DNA of 31,097 bases from Lama guanicoe (taxonomy: Eukaryota): contig MU053379.1 of the NCBI GenBank assembly GCA_013239625.1, positions 3,888,866 through 3,919,962 of the forward strand. The letters run 5' to 3'. The notes under the pieces were generated by a model. That model saw only the letters and a list, made by a program, of their open reading frames with translations, did not search any database and was not told where the DNA came from. The position numbers were made by a program, and so were the translations under genes. Positions 22,228 to 31,097 of this stretch are shown piece after piece (the stretch's first letter is position 1; the number at the start of each line of letters is the position of its first letter).

Positions 22228-22680
22228 CTACTCAGCCATATAAAGTAATAAAATAATGCTATTTGCGGCAACATGGGTGGACCTGGAGATCGTCATTCTG
22301 AGTGAAGTCGGCCAGAAAGAGAAAAATGCCATATGATATCAGTCGTCTGTGGGATCTCAAAAAAAGACAAATTAACTTATTTACAAAACAGAAACAGACT
22401 CACAGACCTAGAAAACAAACTTATGGCTACTGGGAAGGAGTGGGAAAGGGTAAATTGGGAGCTTGGGATTTGCAGATGCTAACTGCTATAGAGAAGACAG
22501 ATAAACAACGAGGTCCTACTGTGCGGCACAGGGAACTATATTCAGTACCTTGTAGTGACCTATGATGGAAATGAAAAGGATATGAAAAGGAACACGTGTG
22601 TGGAGATGGATGACTGCGACACCCTGCTGCACACAAGACATTGACACAACATGGTAAACTGACTGGACTTCAGTGAAAAA
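22228..22680 (+). mobile_element. L1 3' end (camelid/cetartiodactyl type), sense
   Basis: 'tactcagccata...atttgcggcaacatgggtggacctggag', 'ttatttacaaaacagaaacagactcacagac', 'gcacagggaactatattcagtaccttgtag', short A tail. Confidence 0.92.
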
Positions 22681-22725
22681 CAGCCACTCAGCGCCGTTGG
22701 CTGCTGCGTAATTTACTGTCTAGAT

Positions 22726-22941
22726 TAGGTGCCCACAAACGACAGCTGTGACCGAATGGCCCACAGCCCCACCTCTTGTCCGTGAGGTCGCATTGGGCGT
22801 GGCCACGATGTTTGTTCCTGTGCTGTCTCTGGTTGCTTTCTTGCCGCTATGGCACAGTTGGGTCCTTGTGACAGACACCGTATGGCCCACAAACCCTGAA
22901 ATAATTATTTGACCCTTTACAGAAAAAGTTCGGGGACCTAT
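22726..22941. mobile_element. MER58A-like hAT-Charlie MITE
   Basis: 'gtgacagacaccgtatggcccacaaaccctgaaata...ccctttacagaaaaagtt'. Confidence 0.8.
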
Positions 22942-22999
22942 GGTGTAGAAGGCAGAAAAGTGTCCGGATTAATAATTAGTCACAGTAAAAGGCCAGACC

Positions 23000-23165
23000 T
23001 GCTGCTCTCAAGTTTCAGGGTACCCAGGACCCTCCTGGGGTGCTTATCTAAAAACCCCAGCCCGAGGCCCACCCCTGGAGATTCTGACGCGGCAGGTCAG
23101 GGTGGGGCCCAGAAACACGCATTTTTAGCAACACTTCGAGCACGCGGTCCTGCTCGTCAAGAGTC
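23000..23165. mobile_element. MER5A-like hAT MITE
   Basis: 'ggccccacccctggagattctga...ggtcagggtggggcccagaaa..gcatttttagcaa'. Confidence 0.8.
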
Positions 23166-23419
23166 TTGGCGTCTCCGGCAGCTGGACCGGGTCCCCCACC
23201 GTCTCTAGGTGTGTCTAATTATGGCTGCATATTATATTTGGACCTAAGTTTAAGAAATAAAACTATCCCTCATCATCAAAACAAGGAATTAAACGTGAAA
23301 GCATTAAATCTGCTTACTCAAGGTGTGAATAGAGAGCAGAGGAGAACTGGGCAAGAAGCAGAAGAACAGAAATTTAGTCTGGTGAGTGATGGGCACCAGC
23401 ATTTTGCTTCCGAGAGCAT

Positions 23420-23540
23420 CACTGAGGTACAGCAGACGTGTAATCACCCGGAATTGGTTAAAGTGTAAGTGGGGTACGCTTTGTCATAGTACCATCACCA
23501 CAGTCAGATCATGAACAAATCTGTCACCATCCCCCAAAGT
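23420..23540 (-). mobile_element. Old L1 (L1MB/ME-type) 3' terminal fragment
   Basis: 'ttaaagtgtaag...accatcaccacagtcagatcatgaaca...tcaccatcccccaaag'. Confidence 0.5.
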
Positions 23541-24861
23541 CACACGGAAGGAAGGACAGCCGAATCTGGGCTCTTCTCACATTTCCTTCCCCACTGATCT
23601 ATAGTGCTTTCATACCGCGCAGTGGGAAGGCTCCCACGTGGCCCAGAGGGTCCTCGCGGGCGGGGCGGCGGGTTGAGTCTCCCCGAGACCAAGCCAGCCT
23701 TGCAGTTCCTCTTCCACTAGTCTCCTTGCTGGGAGGCTGGACGGCACTTAGGAGTCACGACAGATGAAGAGCAGGTTGAATTTTAAACACGCTTCCTCCT
23801 CTCAGCTCTGGGAGGGACCTCGCTAAAGAGACACGCAGAGCATGCCGGGAGGGACCTAAAAGATGTGCTTTCTAATAGACGTGTTTATGATGCTTCAGAT
23901 GCTCTGTTTGTTACAAGTGAAAAATGAATGTGTCCACTGGGTTTCTTTTCTTGGATCTGTCTTCTCTGCAGGATGATCTCATAAAACACTGTGTGCTTTA
24001 TGGAAATATAGATTGGAAATGTCGAGAGATGTAATTATTGGACCATTTTCCTTCAACTGCAACAATATGCAGTTAATCAAAAACTAGTTATACTTCCTGA
24101 CAAATTACTTTTTCTCTTAGTGCCTGCCTCTAAAAAGAAAAAAATAAACTTTTTGTCCTGTTCTGCCTGATGAAAACAATGTATGAAGCCTATTGGGTCC
24201 TCTGGCAAAGCCGTTTCTCCAAGGTGGTGACATTGCGGTCCAGCTGCCAGCAACAGGCGTGGGAGGCTCACACAGTCAGGGAGCTTTTCTGATTTCACTG
24301 TAGCCTGAAATTAATTCGGGTGAAACATGTTTAAAGGCCAAGGACAGTGCAAGCAGCTCTGGCCACAGAGGAGCCAGGGCAGAGGACATTTTGGTTTTCT
24401 GTACAGTCATTGGGAGCAACCACGTGCCTTCCTGAGTCGTTTTGAGAAGCCAAGGTTCTTTTGCAGAGAAACGTCTTAGGATTCGGAGAAGGTCCTGAAT
24501 CATGTGAGAACAGAATATTCCTGGAATGGAGTATTCAGATGTCTAAGGGCCCTGCCTGGTCACACCCTCTCACTGCAGTATTTACCCCACGAGCACCTCA
24601 TTAGCTCCGCTCTTGGGCTCCAGGCACAGGGCTCCCTGACCATAGTCATAGCTCATGGGGTTTCTGCTGATGCCTGACAGTCCTCAGTTCGTGGCCTCAG
24701 GCACAGGCCAACGAGGGTGACATTCACCACCAGCATCTTCTGGACACAGTCCAAGAAGAGGCTAAAAGTCACCACCTGGTCTGGCAGGTAGACGTTGTCT
24801 CCAGAGGGCCTACCAGAGCCCCACTCACCCCCAGGAGTTCTCAGCGAGTCACAGAGTCACG

Positions 24862-25172
24862 GTCTTAGTCTGTCTGGGCTGTTGTAACAAAATACCACAG
24901 ATCGGGGGCTTACAAACCACAGAGATTCATTTCTCACATGTGGGGACTGGGAAGCCCATGATCCCGGCACCCGCATGGCCTGGCTCCGGGGAGGGGCCTG
25001 CTCCTGGTTCACAGCCAGCGCCTTCTCATCACATCCTCATGGAGTCCCTTTGATGAAGGCACCAATCCCACTCCCAGAAGCCCGACCCTCACAGCTTAAT
25101 CACCTCCCGAAGACCCCACCTCCAGTTACCATCACATCGGGCGTTGGGAATCCAACATGTGAAACACCAGAC
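24862..25172 (-). mobile_element. MLT1A-type MaLR solo LTR
   Basis: 'gtcttagtctgtctgggctgttgtaacaaaataccacaga...tttctcaca...ctgggaagccca...taatcacctcccgaagaccccacctcca..accatcaca'. Confidence 0.88.
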
Positions 25173-25377
25173 CAGAGCAGTCAAGGAGATTCGTGAAGAG
25201 AAGGTGTAGCAGGAGGGTCTGTGGGCGCATGAAACAAAGTGATGTCTTCATTTTGCCCCGTGTGCATCATTTCTGCACATTTATGGTGCTTAAGTCAGAG
25301 TGACGCCCATCAGATTCGTGCGTATTGCGTATTTCAACTACCTGACCTGTGAATCAGCATGTTTTTGCAAGAATTCT

Positions 25378-25558
25378 TTTTTTTTTTTTGTAAATTGAAG
25401 TACAGTCAGTTACAATGTGTCAGTTTCTGGTGTACAGCACACTGTCCCTCTCATGCATATACATGCATATTCATTTTCATATTCCCTTTCCATTAAAGGT
25501 TTTTTACAAGATATAGACTATAGTTCCCTGCGCTATAGACAAGAAACTTGTTTTTTTA
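25378..25558 (-). mobile_element. Short 5'-truncated L1 tail with 19-bp TSD
   Basis: Poly-T then 'attgaagtacagtcagttacaatgtgtcagtttctggtgtacagcac', flanked by atgtttttgcaagaattct (25359-25377) and atgtttctgcaagaattct (25559-25577). Confidence 0.93.
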
Positions 25559-25626
25559 ATGTTTCTGCAAGAATTCTGTGAGTGTTTATTGATTTTTTTT
25601 ATTGTGGTGTCACAAGATTATAAGTA

Positions 25627-26113
25627 CACTTGGGCCCTGGCTGACGATGGTTCGATTTACAATAGTGACTCCAAGAGAGTGTGAGAGAGCTATGCATTCG
25701 GTAGAAGTCGTATATTGGATTTTGAGTTGTGATCTCTTCCCAGGCCGGTGGTACGGGGTCCAGCCCTCGTGGGATGCTGGCTGGCGGCTATAGCTGCAGC
25801 TCGCAGGGAGCCCTGTGGTCACAGAGGAACACCACCAACACACGTGCAACCACCCCGTACCCAGACACCCACTCCGCTCTTCACCCCCACTGCTGTCGTC
25901 AATACATTACACAAGATATCCACCCCAATTACAAAACAGGCTTTGTGTGAACTGGTTGTGCCCCACTGCGGGCTAGCGTCAGGATGAAGGCAGGCCAGGC
26001 CACGCTCTGATGTTGGTAGGTCGGGTGTATTACATACATTCTCAGCTGATGGAATTTTCAACTTATGATGGGTTTCTGGGGGTGAAACCCCATCATAGGT
26101 CAAGGAAAACCTG
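25627..26113 (-). mobile_element. Tigger5/MER47-family TcMar transposon remnant with TA target duplication
   Basis: The ends 'gacgatggttcgatttac' and 'ttttcaacttatgatgggttt...aaccccatcataggtcaagga...ctg' match the MER47 termini; TA at 25625-25626 and 26114-26115. Confidence 0.85.
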
Positions 26114-27004
26114 TACTAATATTTTCTTTTTAAAAATAGTAGCAAAATACAGACTCTAGATCAGATTTTGGCAAATATATTTGTGCCAGTGAACTTCAAA
26201 GCTTAATAGATGAGTTGGACAATGTATTCATTCAGCTGAATAGTTCTCTCCAAAATGACACACAGAAATTCCACGGATGTTGGCGGGAACGCCCAGAGAA
26301 CCAGCAGCATGCGAAAGCCTTGCGCAAGGGAAGATGGCGACGCTGGACGTGCTCTACGGCGGGCTTTGCGCCGAGGGACTGTTTCGTTACCTGGCATTAA
26401 GCAGTTTTGCTCCATAACCTCAGTACTGTTCCCTGTTACCAAATACTTACTGTGTTTCCACTTAAAGTAAACTTGATGCTAGAAAGAAATGGTAAGAAAT
26501 TTGGTTCCTGTTAGTTTCCTTTTGTAAATAAGTATTTACCCAAAGCACAAAATTTCCCTTTGAGCTACGGAGGCTTCAAATAGGGGACATTCTCCAAGTG
26601 GCAGCATGTGTCTGCGGTCTGGTTGTTCACCGGAATGTCACTGAAAAACATGCACCATAACGATAAATAAGCAAATAAGTGTATGAATAAAAAAAGTCAC
26701 ATGCAAATGAACACACGTGCGTGTGGCACACGTATACTTACCCTAGGTGTGGAGTGCCTCCCTTTTAAAAGATTCCACTTTCACTAAGACTGCCCACTTT
26801 TAGAACAACGAAAGCTGTAGGCATTTTCCGAGGTGTAACTTGATTGTGTGACATTCATGATTTTCCCTGTGATCAATTGGATTTGGTTATGTATGTGAAA
26901 CAGATGACGAAGACAGCAGTTGACACTATTACTCACATGTGTATTAAACTCATTAAACTAACATAATCACTAACCATTGTCGAGTAACTTGGTCCGTGTT
27001 AAAA

Positions 27005-27260
27005 TTTTTCATTCCCTTTAACTCAGCAGGTAAATGCTAGAGAATCATCCCACAGACGTTTGTGAAGCTCCGACAGCAGTGCTGTTTGTCTCAACTCTGA
27101 TCGCAAAAGCAAAAACTGGAAACACAGACGAAACGGGGACTAGTGAGGGACTGCGCTGTAAGGGTGACGTTCGTACTACCGTAGAAAGCGAGAAGCGGGT
27201 CGTGTGTGCGTCCTCTGTGCAACTCAGTTACTTTCAGTTCCTAGAATAGATATACTCACT
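27005..27260 (+). mobile_element. Old L1 (L1ME-like) fragment
   Basis: 'attccctttaactcagca...tgctagagaatcatcccacaga...cagcagtgctgtttgt...agcaaaaactggaaaca'. Confidence 0.5.
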
Positions 27261-27294
27261 GCCCATCTAGTTCCTAAATGTAAAGAGTTATGCG

Positions 27295-27612
27295 TGGTAT
27301 GTCTGGACCCATATATGTACGTACACACAGGTGTACACATGTAGGTATAAGATGTATGCACGTACATGTGTTTTGCACAAATATGTTTTATGCATGTGCG
27401 TTTTATACATATATAATTTAAAATGCCATGCATCATTGTTCCCTGAGAAATAATAATTTACAATTATATATAATATCTATTATATAATTATAATTATTAT
27501 ATATGACTAATGTAATTATATCATTATATATTAATATATGACATAACTATATATCAATACAATGTAATTATATTATAATAATATGCTATTAATATAATAA
27601 AGGGAATAAATA
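27295..27612. repeat. Low-complexity purine-pyrimidine tract followed by an AT-rich tract
   Basis: Degenerate (TA/CA/TG) sequence at 27295-27420 and nearly pure A/T at 27451-27600. Confidence 0.85.
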
Positions 27613-28529
27613 TTCCCTGAGAAAAAAATGCAAATGTTGCAAATGCCATGAAAATTCATGAATGCTTCTGGAAACACAAACTGGAAGACAGAGAAAAGGA
27701 AGAAAAACGGGTGTTCGCAGCACTGGGAAATAGCTTTGCTGTCAAGAAGCTGTCATCGTCATGATTTCTAAGAGGAAACGAACTTGCGCCGCTCTCTCCG
27801 TCCCCCCACCCCTCCCCGCTCTTTCCCTCCCGATGAAGACGGGGCATTGAAAGAATACACTGTATTAGCTGTATTCTGGTCAGATCTGTCCCCAGTGAAG
27901 TCGGTTCTCCAGCAGGTCCCTGAGCGTCCGGGGGGCCCCTCTGGCCTCTCCGGGGGAAGAGCCTGCCGTGCCTGGGCGCCCTTGAGCCGGGCGTGGAGCA
28001 GGCGGTCTCCTCTGCCCAGCGACACCGTCACCATACAGGCCGGCCTGAGGGGCGAAGGGCAGCCAGTGGCTCTCGGCTCACGCCTCCCAAGTGGAGCCCG
28101 TGTCACACAAGCACAGCTGGAGGGCAGCAGTGCTCAGGACCCCGCGCTTTTGGCCTCCAGAGGCTTGGGTAGGCTCTCCACCAGAGGAGTGGGAGACGAG
28201 TGGCAGAAGCGAACCCCAGGAGTCTTGGCCGTCCCCCCAGAACAGAGGGGCCGAGAAGCCCAGGTGCCCATGGGGGTGAAGCCGTGCCCTCTGGCTGGGA
28301 GCCGGGGGAGGGAAGCGGGGTCCCATCCTCTTGGTCACAGCCACGCGGAGGAGAGCTTCAGTAACATGGAACGGGGTGAGGAGGCAGTTTTGAGTCAGAC
28401 GCCACAGACACCCTTTGCTCCAGAGAGCAATACATTTTATCTAAAACCACAGCTGTGAGACTCAAGCATTGACTTGGCAAAGAAACATGCTTCTTCGAAA
28501 CTAGATGTTTGTGACTGAGACTGTGAGCT

Positions 28530-28763
28530 CACGGTGACAGAAGGAGGGGCTGGAGACCTGCAGACGCTAACTGCTGCACATAAAGCAGGTAAACAGCAAG
28601 TTTAAACTGCACAGCACAGGGAGCTGTATTCAATATCCCGGAGTGACCTGCAATGGAAAAGCGTACGGCAAGGAACACACGCGTGTTCATGTGTGGCTGA
28701 GACACGAGGCTGTGCTCCAGAACTGACACAGCATTGGAAACTGACTCCACTTCAATAAAAAAA
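28530..28763 (+). mobile_element. L1 3' end, sense, GC-drifted
   Basis: 'tgcagacgctaactgc...cagcacagggagctgtattcaatatc...aactgactccacttcaataaaaaa' is homologous to 22470-22680. Confidence 0.88.
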
Positions 28764-30249
28764 CTTCCAATTGAAATTTTTTTTAAAAAGTGGGAATTGG
28801 TGTGAAGTGTCTGACTAAAGTTGTATGAGACCACGAATTACTGCGATGAGACGAGTGACTAGGGCTCCGTCAGACACGCCGCGCGGCCCCGTGCTCTGCG
28901 CCACTGCGCGAGTGTCGCTCTCTGAGGAAGGCAGCCGTTCGAGCCTGCGCACGCTGGGCACGAGTTTCCCCTGTCCCACTGTGCACAGGGCTCTCCCTCT
29001 CCTTTCTGCCCGAGTCCTCCCTGATACTTTGGAGTTCTTGAGCTTTCCCCAAAGTGGGGGTGCCCTTTGTCCTTTGCCCTCTGGGAGGGTGGGGCAGGTC
29101 GTGCTGAGGAGCAGGCTCCACCGGTGCCTATAAACGCCTGGCTCTCTGGCTCTGTTACTGACGCTGAGGGCAGAGGACTTCGGACGGAGCTCCAGGCCTT
29201 GCCCGCGTGACGCTCCAGCTGCTGTGCGGGGAAGTGTGTTTGCAGGGAGCTGCAAGGAAGCCCGCGGAGGCCGGGCCGTGCTGGGGAAGGGTCCTCGCCG
29301 GGGACCAGCTCTCCACGTGGGGGCGCCCTGCCGGCGCTGGCCCCTGGTCTTGGGGCAGCATGGCTGGTTAAAGATCTTGTTTTCCTTCGGGAAGCCAGCT
29401 TTCAGGGTCCTTTCTGAGAGGCCTTTATCTCTCGTCCTGGGGTTGTTTCCACATGAAACAGGGCAGCAAGTCCTCTTTGCCTTTGCCTGCAGCTGACCTG
29501 GCGGCGACGTCTTCAGCGCATGTGGCGACACCGGCCGCCCCCTCTGCTGGCCCCGGACCACAAACTCCGATGTTTCTTCACTCGTCAGCGTCTGCACGAG
29601 GCCGAGGCCGGGAAATGAGCCTTACGGGCCCCAGGGGGTCACATGCTTCCCCATCCTCTAAATTTTCCCCTAACTCTGGCTTTAGTTCTCAACAAAGCTC
29701 AGCTGGTAGCCAAGAAAAATACTTTTAAGAACGCCCCTTCAAACCTGGAAGGGACGAGAACCATAAATTTGAAAATGATTACAGCGAAGCAGGAAGTCTG
29801 ATCTTCTGCCCCTGTCTCCGCGTGTCACCTGAGCGGGGCCCCTGATGCCCTCCTCCACCCCCAGGAGCTCGTTCCTGGGCGCGGGGCACACTGTGTGTTT
29901 CAGAGGAGGGGGCTGTCCTGGCTCGGACCTGGGGCCTCTCACTGAACCCAAGAGGAAAATCTGTGCATGAGTCTTGTTCCCCCAAGGAGAGAAAACGAGA
30001 AGGCACTTCCTACCCATTAAAGTATCCAGGACGCTGCTGCGGGTCGCTGAGCCGGTCCAGGTGCAGAGCACGTGAAGGCCAAGGAAGGAAGCCCAGAAAC
30101 CTCGCAGGCCGCCAGGAGAACGGGGTGGCCCTTCACCTCGGCATCTCCTGTTGGTCCCGGGAGCAGGCAACCCATGTGCTTGTCAGGGTGCAGGGCTGAG
30201 CTCGGGCCGGGAGCCTGGCCCCTCTGCTTCCTGTCCACACGAGGAACAT

Positions 30250-30845
30250 TCTGGAGAAGGTACGGTGAGCGCCTCCTCCAGAAAGGACGGCGTCACCGCG
30301 GGGGAAGCCGCCCGCCGTCCTGGGACACGGCCACTTCTCAGGGGCCGCCGCGAAGACCGCCAGGAGGGGCGACAACGCCAAGGAAGCCAGGGATCAGGGC
30401 GGACGGGGGTGCGCCGCTTCGCCCACTTCCGCCGTAAGCGCGAGCGCGCAGACAGTGACGCGCGCCGCTTGCCCCGTCCGCGCAGCGCGGCTCGGGCGCG
30501 GACACCCGGCGCGCGGGACGCGTGGTGGCGGCGCTCGCGCTCAGGGTGCGGCCCCACTGCCTGTCCCACGACCGCGCAGCAAGAGGAAAAGAACCGGCAC
30601 ACGCCGGGGGCGAGTCGGGAAAGGGTGCGAGCGTGTGAGCAGCCGTGAGACGCTGCCTCCCAGAGGTCTGGCGGGGAGGATGGGGACGGGTGTGCCTGTT
30701 GTCGTCACAGGTGCTTCGCAGAAAGCGCAATACGAGGGAGCGCGGACTCAGATAACACCCCGATCTCACACACGCTGCCTTAAGACCTAGAGGTCATCGC
30801 GCCGAGTGACGTAGGTCGGGCAGAGAGAGACAAGTGTCACGTGAT
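30250..30845. promoter_or_regulatory. CpG island with promoter-type motifs
   Basis: Dense CpG at 30400-30640; ETS ACTTCCG 30425-30431; half-CREs TGACG at 30456 and 30807; E-box GTCACGTGAT 30836-30845. Confidence 0.8.
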
Positions 30846-30852
30846 GTCACAG

Positions 30853-31097
30853 TTTATTTTCTATGTCTGTGAGTCTATTTCTGGTTTGTAAAACAATCTG
30901 AAACTTACTTTGTAAATCAACTTCAATAAAAAGTCAAATTTAAAAAAATCATATGGCATCACTTATTTGTGGAATCTAAAAACATGACACAAATGAGCTT
31001 ATTTACAAAACAGAAACAGACTCACAGACACAGAAAACGAACTTATGGTCACCAAAGGGGAAACGGGGCGGGGGGGGGGGCGGATACATTTGGAACC
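30853..31097. mobile_element. Composite of L1 3' fragments (antisense 30853-30892, sense tail ~30905-30948, sense 3' UTR from 30949 to the window end)
   Basis: The 'tttacaaaacagaaacagactcacagac' block is present in both orientations, with an 'aacttcaataaaaa' tail between them. Confidence 0.85.

Noticed and set aside
23972..24034. Strong plus-strand acceptor followed by DDLIKHCVLYGNIDWKCREM*
   Set aside because: An isolated site with a short frame and no good donor, which is not enough to call an exon
27784..30790. Many overlapping 100-260 aa ORFs
   Set aside because: They are open in several frames on both strands with low-complexity GC-codon composition, and I found no consistent splice structure
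1..31097. Prokaryote-style systems (CRISPR array, operon, intact transposase or reverse transcriptase)
   Set aside because: The sequence is mammalian. There is no regularly spaced repeat array, and all mobile elements are truncated and non-coding

Overview
This is mammalian genomic DNA, most likely camelid, judged from a Vic-1-type tRNA-derived SINE at ~10184-10320 and cetartiodactyl-style L1 3' ends. It is GC/CpG-rich and mostly non-coding, with many old interspersed repeats (L1, L2, MIR, MLT1, hAT and Tigger-family DNA transposons), two clear CpG islands (~19.2-19.7 kb, ~30.25-30.85 kb) and a CpG-rich patch built on an old L2 (~10.5-11.1 kb). I recognise no known protein-coding gene, and nearly all ORFs in the track look like GC-rich or repeat-derived noise. 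The most interesting signal is a chain of minus-strand candidate exons (12668-12610, 11510-11166, 9676-9532, 6040-~5700, possibly 1229-). Their splice phases join in one reading frame, but two in-frame stops interrupt the 145-nt exon, suggesting an unannotated short-protein gene or a decaying unitary pseudogene. A possible antisense spliced transcript overlaps it. Other observations are a 24-bp perfect palindrome, a possible twin-primed L1 inversion, a templated-looking AT-rich insertion and AT-to-GC drift in old repeats. Repeat families were assigned from remembered consensus sequences, and their boundaries are approximate.
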